From Escherichia phage RB49: 64,000 bases of DNA. Where the stretch lies: the sequence record NC_005066.1; one strand, 5' to 3'. The position numbers and the translations under genes are program-made. Below are positions 9,473 through 17,648 of the stretch, one piece after another; position 1 is the stretch's first letter, and each line of letters starts with the position of its first letter. The notes beneath the pieces were generated by a model that was not told the origin of the DNA, made no database searches, and saw nothing but the letters and a program-made list of their open reading frames with translations.

Positions 9473-9683
9473 ATTCTAAGAAATATTCTGGAACGATATA
9501 ACCGTTAAAGTCATTACACTTATAAAAATGTGGTGCATTTAATGCTGGATGAGCATTAGTAAAGAGTTTACCCTCTAGAAACAGAATGTAATTAATAGGT
9601 CTAATACCTACAGAATCAGGGTCTAAACCTTTTTCTTTCAGTTCAGCCAGCGTTAAAACTCGTCCAGATCGTAACTTAGCCAT
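9462..9683 (-). CDS. hypothetical protein (73 aa)
   Basis: Track ORF; short overlap with neighbours typical of T4-like early arrays. Confidence 0.4.
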   Translation of the reverse strand: MAKLRSGRVLTLAELKEKGLDPDSVGIRPINYILFLEGKLFTNAHPALNAPHFYKCNDFNGYIVPEYFLEFDD

Positions 9684-9969
9684 GATTTACCCCTAATTCA
9701 TCAAGATTATGTCGCAGCATTTCAGAGTATTTTTCTACTTCCTTGATCTTAGTGTGGATCTCCACGATCTCATCTTCACTATCAGATAGTTTAATGGCAA
9801 TCGCGAGCGTGCTTTTACCAGCTTTCATAGTCTCTTTCCGTTCAACCAATAGATCCGCGTGTTTCAATAGCAATTCTTCACGTCGAACATAAGCGACGGT
9901 CAAAGCCTCGTCAGCAATTTCTAAAGCATTTTCAGCGACACCAACAACCATTTTACGAGTAGACAGCAT
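9676..9969 (-). CDS. hypothetical protein (97 aa)
   Basis: Track ORF. Confidence 0.45.
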   Translation of the reverse strand: MLSTRKMVVGVAENALEIADEALTVAYVRREELLLKHADLLVERKETMKAGKSTLAIAIKLSDSEDEIVEIHTKIKEVEKYSEMLRHNLDELGVNHG

Positions 9970-9983
9970 AAATTCACCTCACA

Positions 9984-10292
9984 TTATTTCACGTTAACGC
10001 CGTCATCAATCCAGCCGACGCTATTTGGTTTAACAGTTTTACCATAGGATGCATACTTAATCAAGCATGGTTTAACATCATTATCAAATCTTCCTAAACG
10101 TACTCCCAAATCAGGAATATCCATGTATGCGGCTTTATATCCCCATGTGCCATATTCAGAATCAATCTCAACCGGACGGCCTTTAAAAGCATACACTACA
10201 CCGTGACGGTCAATGATAACATAGCAATAACCAGCCGGAAGATACACAGTTTCGCCGTAAACTTTAACTGGAGTAGCCGAAGAGATAAACAT
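9984..10292 (-). CDS. hypothetical protein (about 102 aa)
   Basis: Track ORF 9984..10328 trimmed to the ATG at 10290-10292, because the upstream ATG lies inside the promoter -10; GAGGATTATATT RBS context. Confidence 0.45.
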   Translation of the reverse strand: MFISSATPVKVYGETVYLPAGYCYVIIDRHGVVYAFKGRPVEIDSEYGTWGYKAAYMDIPDLGVRLGRFDNDVKPCLIKYASYGKTVKPNSVGWIDDGVNVK

Positions 10293-10355
10293 AATATAAT
10301 CCTCACATCGTTCATTTGATGCGGTCATTATATGATAACCGCATTTTCATGTCAA
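10293..10355 (-). promoter_or_regulatory. early promoter cassette with stem-loop
   Basis: rc: TTGACA-17-TATAAT; palindrome ATGCGGT..ACCGCAT around the -10. Confidence 0.5.
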
Positions 10356-10362
10356 ACAGTTT

Positions 10363-10737
10363 TTAAAAATCTTCTTCCGGTTTATATCGTCCGTCATCAA
10401 CTGGTTTTGGGCTGAATCCGGTATGTTTGCGCGGCTTCGCTTCCGGTTTCCCCGCGATCGATAGTCCAAGCCATTTAAGAAGTTTGTATGAGTAAGCGAT
10501 GATCACAACTACCCACGTTAAAGGCCATACAATAGAACAAATGGCATATGCTCCGGTATCGACCTCTTTGGTGTCCTTATCGAATCTGGCATACAAGCAA
10601 ATTATAAGATAGGTGATCATTGCACCAGTAGGCCAAATATAAAGCACATTAACAATATCTTGTGTTGTCACGTTATCCTCCTTACATGTCTTGCAGTGCA
10701 TAAAAGCATTTTTCTTCGTAGTCATAGAAAATGTCAA
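10363..10737 (-). CDS. hypothetical membrane protein (124 aa)
   Basis: Track ORF; two hydrophobic segments. Confidence 0.45.
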   Translation of the reverse strand: MTFSMTTKKNAFMHCKTCKEDNVTTQDIVNVLYIWPTGAMITYLIICLYARFDKDTKEVDTGAYAICSIVWPLTWVVVIIAYSYKLLKWLGLSIAGKPEAKPRKHTGFSPKPVDDGRYKPEEDF

Positions 10738-10956
10738 AGTATGCTTTTTCTACATACTCGCCATTGATCCAAGCGGCAGTAACAATCAGAGTAGTCCAGT
10801 TAGACCCGCTCTCAACGGTAAAGGTTTTAATACCCAGCTTCGCTGCCAAGTCGAACGCAAACCGGACGCAACCACGGCAGGAAGTGATATTGGAAGTTTT
10901 GATTTTAAAGCCACCGCGAGTTTTAGAAATTTCTACTTTAGCGAAAGACAGGTTGC
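10682..10956 (-). CDS. hypothetical protein (about 91 aa)
   Basis: Start moved to ATG at 10954-10956 (MSNLSF...) preceded by GGAGAATCAAA and promoter cassette. Confidence 0.45.
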
Positions 10957-11031
10957 TCATTTTGATTCTCCTTAAGAAAGTGTGTTTCGTTTTGATGTGT
11001 GTAGTATAGGGGATCACCGATCCCCTGTCAA
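10957..11031 (-). promoter_or_regulatory. early promoter cassette (TTGACA-17-TATACT)
   Basis: Palindrome GGGGATCACCGATCCCC in spacer; conserved leader CATCAAAACGAAACAC. Confidence 0.55.
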
Positions 11032-11039
11032 CAACTTTT

Positions 11040-11303
11040 TTATGATTTTAGTGAATTAACCACTACATCAAAATGATGTACAGAGCACACCTTACGAAAC
11101 ACATATTCATCATGTTTCGGAATCGCCCCCAACCGCTTTATTTCGCTCGCTGACACGATAAACCGTTTATCCGGTGCATTTACCTTATATGCTTCAACAA
11201 CGCACGGAAAACGCGTTTTAGCGAGTTCGGGATAGTTTTCTGACTCCATCAGGACAATGAATACACTATTACATTGATTGTAGAATCCTGTTTTTGATTT
11301 CAT
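11040..11303 (-). CDS. hypothetical protein (start uncertain)
   Basis: Track ORF 11040..11369 begins at a non-ATG codon and overlaps the upstream ORF; internal ATG at 11301-11303 used. Confidence 0.35.
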   Translation of the reverse strand: MKSKTGFYNQCNSVFIVLMESENYPELAKTRFPCVVEAYKVNAPDKRFIVSASEIKRLGAIPKHDEYVFRKVCSVHHFDVVVNSLKS

Positions 11304-11610
11304 CAAGTTTTCTTCTATGTTCAAGTCGTGCAATCTTCCTTTCATGATTTCGTTGGTTCTTGTCTTCACAGTTTACCCACTCAACAAGATCTTTACCCAA
11401 CTCGAAAGCCCATTCTCGGTCTTGCTTTACGTTTTGTAGGTATGGACTTTCCGACACTCTACGAAGTGATGTTGTCGTAACAAGAATGATCCCATGAATG
11501 GTCGGATGTTCCTTTCCATATACAATAGGACGCGAGTCACTATCAATACCTTGTAAGAAGGTGTATCCTGAATCACTTAGAATCATATACTTTTTCATTT
11601 CACACATCAC
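11269..11610 (-). CDS. hypothetical protein (113 aa)
   Basis: Track ORF. Confidence 0.45.
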   Translation of the reverse strand: MMCEMKKYMILSDSGYTFLQGIDSDSRPIVYGKEHPTIHGIILVTTTSLRRVSESPYLQNVKQDREWAFELGKDLVEWVNCEDKNQRNHERKIARLEHRRKLDEIKNRILQSM

Positions 11611-11864
11611 AGTTTCCTCAACCAGTTATTAAAGCTAGCAAACCATGATGCTTTTCGTGCTTCTTTTACTTTATGTGCACGAAAACCACTGAAACACCAT
11701 TCATAATCATCACTGAAACATGATTCAACAGGAACACCCGCATTTCGTAGTTCTCTGGTCTTTATCATGAATCCTTGACATAAGGGGCGACCTTCAACAA
11801 TGATAGGAAGTTTAACTTTTTCCATGAAAGTATACCCAGCACGGTCAATAATTTCAATCTTCAT
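11607..11864 (-). CDS. hypothetical protein, paralog family B (85 aa)
   Basis: MKIEIIDRAGYTFMEKVKLPIIVEGR... near-duplicate of the 11883..12080 product. Confidence 0.55.
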   Translation of the reverse strand: MKIEIIDRAGYTFMEKVKLPIIVEGRPLCQGFMIKTRELRNAGVPVESCFSDDYEWCFSGFRAHKVKEARKASWFASFNNWLRKL

Positions 11865-11882
11865 AATATAATCCTCAATTAG

Positions 11883-12080
11883 TTATACCGCCCAGGCTTC
11901 ATTTGCACGAAAACACCATTCATACTCAGGAAAATAACCTTTAATTGGTACGCCAGCTTTTTGTAGTTCCTGTGTTTCTACAAGATAATCAAGCCCATAA
12001 CGACGACCTTCCACGATGATAGGAAGTTTAACGCCATTCATGAAAGAAAATCCACCGTCATCAATAATTTCAATTTTCAT
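11883..12080 (-). CDS. hypothetical protein, paralog family B (65 aa)
   Basis: MKIEIIDDGGFSFMNGVKLPIIVEGR...; tandem duplicate. Confidence 0.55.
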   Translation of the reverse strand: MKIEIIDDGGFSFMNGVKLPIIVEGRRYGLDYLVETQELQKAGVPIKGYFPEYEWCFRANEAWAV

Positions 12081-12325
12081 TTTACATTATCTCCATAGAT
12101 CTTTCCAGCAATATCAATTTCACCAGCGCGAACATCTAGGATAAGATGCGGTAGGCGTATGCAGTTTTCCCACCCTACTCGCTTCATTTCTGAAACAGTG
12201 ACGTAAGCCCACCCGTTCGCTGTAATAAAGTCTACTTCAACCTTGAGAGGAAAGCAAGACTTTTCTATGTCTTCGAATCCGATAATGTGTTTTGTCGTTG
12301 AATATGGAATATATCCGGTGATCAT
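12077..12325 (-). CDS. hypothetical protein (82 aa)
   Basis: Track ORF. Confidence 0.4.
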   Translation of the reverse strand: MITGYIPYSTTKHIIGFEDIEKSCFPLKVEVDFITANGWAYVTVSEMKRVGWENCIRLPHLILDVRAGEIDIAGKIYGDNVK

Positions 12326-12783
12326 TTTGTGATCTCCTTATACTCAACACACCATAAGCGGGTAGCCCATGATAAACGCTCATAACGCTGGCAGAAATCG
12401 GACCATAGATATTGTGCACCGTTCGGCATAGTTGAAATATGCGTTTTCTCTCCAACTTTCACGAAAGAAGTATTCGATTTTGTGATCTCGACCGGAGTAT
12501 ATCCGAAAGCGGGTTCCAAGCCAACATCTGAACTAAATGCCAATTTAACAGAATTTGTTTTTCTGACCGCTGTCCGGTTTCCTTCTGGGTATAGCACAGC
12601 AGGTTTAGCGCCTAAGCGGATAAACTCAGTATTTTTAATAAACAGAATATCATGATAACCGTCGTATTCCGACACTTCCATAGTAACAGGAAAATCGATA
12701 TGTGCTAAACCTGGTAGATCTCGCATATCATGAAATGTAGCCATCAACTTTTTCATCTTGTATGCCTCACTCTTCTGTTTCAT
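12322..12783 (-). CDS. hypothetical protein (153 aa)
   Basis: Track ORF. Confidence 0.5.
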   Translation of the reverse strand: MKQKSEAYKMKKLMATFHDMRDLPGLAHIDFPVTMEVSEYDGYHDILFIKNTEFIRLGAKPAVLYPEGNRTAVRKTNSVKLAFSSDVGLEPAFGYTPVEITKSNTSFVKVGEKTHISTMPNGAQYLWSDFCQRYERLSWATRLWCVEYKEITK

Positions 12784-13003
12784 TTCTTTTATATGGTACT
12801 ATAACAGGATTAATACAGCAAGCACCAATTACGTTATGAGCACCACAATTTAAACATTTATAGTCATGGAACTTATTAAGGAATCGACCAAACTCATAAC
12901 CGACTAGCGCCGCGTGTACTTGAGTCTCGATCTCATCCATATCAGCCAATGTTTTAACCTTCATAATATAATCCTCAAATTGTAGTTTTGCGAAGATGGT
13001 CAT
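12767..13003 (-). CDS. hypothetical protein, possible zinc ribbon (78 aa)
   Basis: CLNCGAHNVIGACC motif. Confidence 0.4.
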   Translation of the reverse strand: MTIFAKLQFEDYIMKVKTLADMDEIETQVHAALVGYEFGRFLNKFHDYKCLNCGAHNVIGACCINPVIVPYKRNETEE

Positions 13004-13265
13004 TACATGCTTTTAATGCATCGGTCGCGGTGTCATAGCGAGTATTATCATAGCACCAATAACCATCTGTCAACTGATAAATTAATCCATCCTTTTTAGC
13101 TTCGATGAAAGACAATTCTTTGAAAGTTTCTACTTTCTTTGCTGATACTCCACGGTCACGGCGCTTATAGAGTTTAGCTAAAATGCGTTCAGCTTGTTCC
13201 TCTTTATCACCAGACAGATCCCAGATGATGTTTCGGATATGTTTGATTAATTGTTCAGTGGTCAT
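12975..13265 (-). CDS. hypothetical protein (96 aa)
   Basis: ATG rc at 13263-13265 preceded by GGAGAATCAAAG and promoter cassette. Confidence 0.5.
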   Translation of the reverse strand: MTTEQLIKHIRNIIWDLSGDKEEQAERILAKLYKRRDRGVSAKKVETFKELSFIEAKKDGLIYQLTDGYWCYDNTRYDTATDALKACNDHLRKTTI

Positions 13266-13322
13266 CTTTGATTCTCCTTAGTTGGTATGTGTGCATTATA
13301 GCACTATGATTTTCATTGTCAA
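13266..13322 (-). promoter_or_regulatory. early promoter cassette (TTGACA-16-TATAAT)
   Basis: rc of 13295-13322. Confidence 0.55.
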
Positions 13323-13330
13323 CAACTAAA

Positions 13331-13360
13331 AACAAAAAGGGCTATCCCGAAGGATAGCCC
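13331..13360 (-). terminator. rho-independent terminator downstream of the glycine-rich gene
   Basis: Perfect hairpin gggctatcc-cgaa-ggatagccc; T-run follows on the minus strand. Confidence 0.7.
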
Positions 13361-13366
13361 ATAAAA

Positions 13367-14143
13367 TTACACGCGAGCACCGTAGATCGTGCCTACTTTA
13401 TCCCAGCGTGGAGCATTACCAGTAACGGCTTTACCAGCAGCACCACCGTTATATTCTGTACCGTTCCCCTGAGTATTACATCTTCCTCCAGCAGCACCAA
13501 CGTTACCGCCCGCACCGCCTGTATATGCACTAAGAGACCCCTCACCAACAGATCCTTTACCCGGAGCGGAAATGGAGCCAGCGGTTGCACCAGAACCCAT
13601 ATTAGAGGAAGACCCACCAGCACCGAATGGGCGACCACCACCGCCACCAAATACTAGTCGACCCCTGTTACCGCCACCACCACCGCCACCACCGCCAGCG
13701 ATAGCACCGTTATTTGTAATTCGTAGACGTGTACCGATAGCGTTATTGATTGCGTTTCCACCAGCAGCGCCAGCCGCGTTACTACCACCGTTACCCCCAC
13801 GTCCGTAGACAGTCACACCGGAGTTAATGATCAATGTTACATATTCGTTTGTTAACGAGCTAGGGAAGTCAAGACAAGGAACGCCAGTAGATTGGGAAAC
13901 AATATTACCCGTGATAGTAATTACTACCGGAGTAGATCCTTGTGCTTTCATCCAGTTAATAAGAGTGTCTTTATTGTAAGAGTTACTAGCACCAATGCTA
14001 TAATGAATCTCTTTAGAGCGTCCGACCATTGCCGACATATACGCCGGACGACCTAAGCGAACAGCTTGCATTGCGGCGCTCATCCACCGTTGACCAGTCT
14101 CGGACACAGCCGATGATCCGACCCAACCTGCTTTAATTGCCAT
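13367..14143 (-). CDS. glycine-rich low-complexity protein (258 aa)
   Basis: About 100 aa non-repetitive N-terminus, then long Gly/Ala/Asn-rich region with a G9 run; strong RBS GAGGAAAC; flanked by terminators. Confidence 0.6.
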   Translation of the reverse strand: MAIKAGWVGSSAVSETGQRWMSAAMQAVRLGRPAYMSAMVGRSKEIHYSIGASNSYNKDTLINWMKAQGSTPVVITITGNIVSQSTGVPCLDFPSSLTNEYVTLIINSGVTVYGRGGNGGSNAAGAAGGNAINNAIGTRLRITNNGAIAGGGGGGGGGNRGRLVFGGGGGRPFGAGGSSSNMGSGATAGSISAPGKGSVGEGSLSAYTGGAGGNVGAAGGRCNTQGNGTEYNGGAAGKAVTGNAPRWDKVGTIYGARV

Positions 14144-14156
14144 AAAGTTTCCTCAC

Positions 14157-14179
14157 AAGAAAAGCCCCAATTAAGGGGC
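14157..14179 (-). terminator. terminator-like hairpin immediately upstream of the glycine-rich gene
   Basis: gcccc-ttaatt-ggggc followed by TTTTCTT on the minus strand, then the RBS. Confidence 0.5.
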
Positions 14180-14197
14180 ATTGATTGATAATATTAC

Positions 14198-14419
14198 TTA
14201 GATGATCTCTGCTTCACCATTCAGGAAGAAAGACCATGTTTTGTTAGGATAGCGAAGCGCCCATGATTCGGCAGTTTTAACACCAGCTTCGAACAATTGA
14301 CGGCTGGTCACTTTAGCCATACCATCTTCGATGGCAACGTTTTCAATAATCATCGGGTACTTAGCGCCACGCATGAAACCGAAGCCAGCGGAAGACTTGA
14401 TAATTTTAACAGTTGCCAT
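14198..14419 (-). CDS. hypothetical protein, paralog family B (about 74 aa)
   Basis: MATVKIIKSSAGFGFMRGAKYPMIIENV... resembles MKIEIID..GYTFM..VKLPIIVEG; start at 14417-14419 with cassette upstream. Confidence 0.5.
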   Translation of the reverse strand: MATVKIIKSSAGFGFMRGAKYPMIIENVAIEDGMAKVTSRQLFEAGVKTAESWALRYPNKTWSFFLNGEAEII

Positions 14420-14488
14420 TTTGATTCTCCTAGAAAGTGTATCTCGTTTCGATGGGTGTATTATGCAATAACACCGGATCGCTGTCAA
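14420..14488 (-). promoter_or_regulatory. early promoter cassette (TTGACA-17-CATAAT)
   Basis: Conserved leader CATCGAAACGAGATAC and GGAGAATCAAA RBS. Confidence 0.5.
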
Positions 14489-14507
14489 CACTTTCTAAGA
14501 AAAATTT

Positions 14508-14792
14508 TTAAACTAATCGAATATAACCCAGAATTTCAGCACCTTTAGCCAGTTCTAAAACTTCCCATTCAAGGTCTCCGTAGTCATAATTTGCAACCAT
14601 CAACTGACCATTTTTCATGCAGCAATCATGAGAGAAAATTTGCCCCGCATAAACTACGATAGTAATAAACTTTCCTGATTCTGGCGGTGTGGAAGACAAA
14701 GCGACCATATGATCATTCAGCTTAGTCACCAGTGATGGAACAATAAAATTCGGGCTTACCTGAATACCGTTAAATTCGTTTGTGTCTTTCAT
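14508..14792 (-). CDS. hypothetical protein (94 aa)
   Basis: Track ORF. Confidence 0.45.
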   Translation of the reverse strand: MKDTNEFNGIQVSPNFIVPSLVTKLNDHMVALSSTPPESGKFITIVVYAGQIFSHDCCMKNGQLMVANYDYGDLEWEVLELAKGAEILGYIRLV

Positions 14793-15139
14793 GCCATACC
14801 CCTTAAAACACTAATAGCATAATCATGCTGGTTATTCATAATATCAATTGCATTGTGATAACGAGCTAAACCATCAAGGATAAATTCTTGTTTATCCTGT
14901 TTCAGTTTGGTATCACGCGCAGCCATAAGAGCATCAAGAACAGGTCCAAAGTGATTATCTAATTCATCTTCGGTTGCAATGTTTCCTATTGCCTCGTCGA
15001 TCCGTGATTCTAATGCTTGCTTTTCGTTGATCACTTGCTGGGTATATTCCAACACATCAAGAATATCGCGGGTAACGTCGCCATGATAAGGTGTTCCCGC
15101 ATGAAGGTAATCAATTAGTCGTTGAATGTCAATGTTCAT
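14789..15139 (-). CDS. hypothetical protein (116 aa)
   Basis: Track ORF; 4 nt overlap with downstream gene. Confidence 0.45.
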   Translation of the reverse strand: MNIDIQRLIDYLHAGTPYHGDVTRDILDVLEYTQQVINEKQALESRIDEAIGNIATEDELDNHFGPVLDALMAARDTKLKQDKQEFILDGLARYHNAIDIMNNQHDYAISVLRGMA

Positions 15140-15474
15140 TTGTAACCCTCCTCTGAAAGTACATCCCAGATCGTTGAGTCAAGGTGCATTAAATTCCACA
15201 TAATAGAGTCATAACTACCGAAGCCAGAAGTAAAAATTACATCACACTGGCGATAGGTCTTATGAAAATCGGTGGCTGTCTCTGCATCAATAGGCATATC
15301 GTCACCGGAAAGCACCAGACATTTAAGAATCATAACTCTGTTAGCCGTTGGCGCTTGCTTAGTCTTTTCAGCATATTTTTCGATGATCCGTTTTGCCTTT
15401 TCTTCTTTGATACGTCCAGACCAAATCCGGTTTCGGTATTGATTCATAATAATTTCAATCACATCATTTTGCAT
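15136..15474 (-). CDS. hypothetical protein (112 aa)
   Basis: Track ORF. Confidence 0.45.
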   Translation of the reverse strand: MQNDVIEIIMNQYRNRIWSGRIKEEKAKRIIEKYAEKTKQAPTANRVMILKCLVLSGDDMPIDAETATDFHKTYRQCDVIFTSGFGSYDSIMWNLMHLDSTIWDVLSEEGYK

Positions 15475-15509
15475 TCTTCACGGTCTCCATAATTGTTTTG
15501 TAAGCCAGT

Positions 15510-15674
15510 TTAAGATGATTCACCGAAAAACTTTGCGGTGTTACCCTTCGGATCGCGGAGCATGGTTTCTACGATCTCATCGGCAGTAACAATTTCTCCT
15601 TTCTTTGCTGCATGTTCTACCATATACTTCAAAGTTTCTTCGGAAGCAAGTGCTGCGGCTACTGGATTAATCAT
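15510..15674 (-). CDS. small hypothetical protein (54 aa), below track size cutoff
   Basis: Hand-translated MINPVAAALASEETLKYMVEHAAKKGEIVTADEIVETMLRDPKGNTAKFFGESS; promoter cassette and GGAGAATCAAA RBS directly upstream. Confidence 0.4.
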   Translation of the reverse strand: MINPVAAALASEETLKYMVEHAAKKGEIVTADEIVETMLRDPKGNTAKFFGESS

Positions 15675-15732
15675 TTTGATTCTCCTTTGTTGTCGATGTG
15701 TGCATTATGCTATACTCTATTCCGGTTGTCAA
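15675..15732 (-). promoter_or_regulatory. early promoter cassette (TTGACA-17-CATAAT)
   Basis: rc of 15704-15732. Confidence 0.5.
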
Positions 15733-15739
15733 CACCTAA

Positions 15740-15772
15740 AAACGAAAAAGCCACCCTTTCGGATGGCTTTTT
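15740..15772. terminator. hairpin terminator with A-run upstream and T-run downstream (potentially bidirectional)
   Basis: aaaaacgaaaaa-gccaccctttcggatggc-tttttg. Confidence 0.55.
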
Positions 15773-16002
15773 GATTATATTTTATTCACGTCCATTTGTA
15801 TAGTAGTGTTTGAATCGACCTTTGCTAAACTAGTTAAACATAGTAACCAATTCACCATCCCTTTCCAATGATAAACCTTCCTCGTCTTAGACGGGTCTTC
15901 CGATTCGGCAGGAATTGAACACGCGAAAGTATGAGGAAGCCAAATAGTTGTGTTAATGCTAGTATTCTTTTACTTCTGGTATGCATCCCACAGTGACTAA
16001 CA

Positions 16003-16401
16003 TTAAGCCAGTCGAGTGAGTTTATAAATTGTTTTAAAGCATAGAGCTTTGATATCGTCTAAAACGCTCTGTAACGAGCTATCAACATCATTATAAATCT
16101 CACTAGCCATTTGCGTTAACTCTTGCAAATAGGCAATTTCGCTAATCTCCTTGCGGACGACCAACGTTGGCTGATAACGACCAGTGATCCCAATATTGGT
16201 TTCAGTGAAATTATCAACCAATTCTTGCATTTCAAGATAGAACTCTTCTAGAGCCTTATGTTTTGCATAAGATCCAGGACCAGTTACCCCAAAATGCGCA
16301 GAATGCATATAAGTAACACTCATCAGACATTCACCGATAAAGCGGTCAACCTTATTAGCTTTCCCATCTTCGGACGTCTTTCGAAAATCACTGAATTTCA
16401 T
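16003..16401 (-). CDS. ferritin-like / Dps-like protein (about 132 aa)
   Basis: Start at ATG 16399-16401 with GGAGAA RBS; segment SAHFGVTGPGSYAKHKALEEFY..ELVD matches the Dps HWNxxGxxF..H..E..D metal-site pattern. Confidence 0.45.
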   Translation of the reverse strand: MKFSDFRKTSEDGKANKVDRFIGECLMSVTYMHSAHFGVTGPGSYAKHKALEEFYLEMQELVDNFTETNIGITGRYQPTLVVRKEISEIAYLQELTQMASEIYNDVDSSLQSVLDDIKALCFKTIYKLTRLA

Positions 16402-16690
16402 GTTCTCGATTCTCCATATTATGCAACACAACAAATTGGTTTGCGGCATATTCCCCCATAATAAAACACTGCTTAGAATCCATACATTTACTACGAGCAT
16501 ACATCTTCATAATATGGGCATGAAATTTCTGGCTGGTTTCAATGGAAGGAGATATTTTGTTTACATATACTATCATTGCGCCGTCGAAATAATCAGTAAA
16601 GTCACCAGTTGGATCATATTGGTCAGCACTGACGCTTCCGACCGCAGTAAAGCATATTGCCGCTGTTAGAGTTTTACGAATAAATGACAT
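16388..16690 (-). CDS. small secreted protein with N-terminal signal peptide (100 aa)
   Basis: MSFIRKTLTAAICFTAVGSVSA signal-peptide-like; late-type TATAAATA (rc of 16724-16731) upstream. Confidence 0.45.
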   Translation of the reverse strand: MSFIRKTLTAAICFTAVGSVSADQYDPTGDFTDYFDGAMIVYVNKISPSIETSQKFHAHIMKMYARSKCMDSKQCFIMGEYAANQFVVLHNMENREHEIQ

Positions 16691-16723
16691 AAGTCATTCC
16701 CCCAGATTTAAAATATTCAGTTA

Positions 16724-16731
16724 TATTTATA
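16724..16731 (-). promoter_or_regulatory. T4-type late promoter core TATAAATA (minus strand)
   Basis: Plus tatttata = rc TATAAATA, about 34 nt upstream of the ATG at 16690; sits in the loop of palindrome ccccagatt..aatctgggg. Confidence 0.4.
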
Positions 16732-16758
16732 ATCTGGGGCTTTATTTATGATTAACTC

Positions 16759-17355
16759 TTAGTTGGTAGTACCATCAATAAAATGTTTACGACACACAGA
16801 GACATATTTATCCTCTGCACCAACTTCGATTTGAGCACCATCGCGAATAACATTACCCTCTTTATCTACACGAAGGACCATTGTTGCTTTCTTACCACAA
16901 TGACAAATACCCTTCATTTCGACCAGTTTATCAGCAAATGCCATCAATGCCGCAGATCCTTCAAATAGATTGCCCTGAAAGTCAGTGCGGAGACCATAAC
17001 ACAGGACAGGGATATTTGCATCATCAACAAGCGCACACAAGCCTAAAACATGCTCTTTAGTCATAAATTGGGCTTCATCTACAAATACAGCATCAGGACG
17101 CCATCGATCCGGTCTACGCTTACCTAACGATTCACGATAAACCAAGTCGAAAAGATCATCCGATTCAGTGAAGGTGATCGCTGGAGCACTTAGACCAATT
17201 CGGGAAACAACTTCACTTTCTGAATCTCGATTATCAATCGCTGGCTTAAGAATTAATACTCGCATATCACGTTCGGTATAGTTATAAGCACTTTGTAACA
17301 GGGAAGTTGATTTGCCAGCGTTCATAGATGCATAGTAGAAATATAGTTGCGCCAT
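16759..17355 (-). CDS. tk: thymidine kinase
   Basis: 198 aa; P-loop MNAGKST; thymidine-kinase-like Cys pairs near the C-terminus. Confidence 0.9.
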   Translation of the reverse strand: MAQLYFYYASMNAGKSTSLLQSAYNYTERDMRVLILKPAIDNRDSESEVVSRIGLSAPAITFTESDDLFDLVYRESLGKRRPDRWRPDAVFVDEAQFMTKEHVLGLCALVDDANIPVLCYGLRTDFQGNLFEGSAALMAFADKLVEMKGICHCGKKATMVLRVDKEGNVIRDGAQIEVGAEDKYVSVCRKHFIDGTTN

Positions 17356-17648
17356 TAATTAATCTCCAAAAATCCAGCAAGACCTAAACCGATATAAGTC
17401 CAGATACAAAGGAAAAAGAAGCAAACACCCATAGCAAAGATAAATCCGCGTAGTGTCTTTGGATAACCTACCCAATATTCCCGACCATCTTCTAACCGGA
17501 TCAGCTTATTTCCTTGAGAGTCCATATCAATTACAACATGTTTATTTCTGGATTGTAACAGATATTGCTTGACAATCTCAATACCCGCCATAATAACAAT
17601 AACGAAATTGAAAGTCCACATAACAAGGTTAATGATAGTCTCAAGCAT
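17355..17648 (-). CDS. hypothetical membrane protein (97 aa)
   Basis: Two hydrophobic helices. Confidence 0.45.
   Translation of the reverse strand: MLETIINLVMWTFNFVIVIMAGIEIVKQYLLQSRNKHVVIDMDSQGNKLIRLEDGREYWVGYPKTLRGFIFAMGVCFFFLCIWTYIGLGLAGFLEIN

Noticed and set aside
13393-13808. Proline-rich plus-strand ORF (13572-13808) and an alternative minus-frame ORF (13393-13650) inside the glycine-rich gene
   Set aside because: They are mirror or frame artefacts of the GGN/GGT-rich coding repeats; the minus-strand glycine-rich frame is the one with an RBS and terminators.
15890-15930. tRNA-like T-loop sequence (rc GTTCAATTCC) in the 15776-16002 gap
   Set aside because: No matching acceptor stem, D-arm or anticodon arm could be folded around it; not a tRNA. 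It is kept only as part of a possible ncRNA region.
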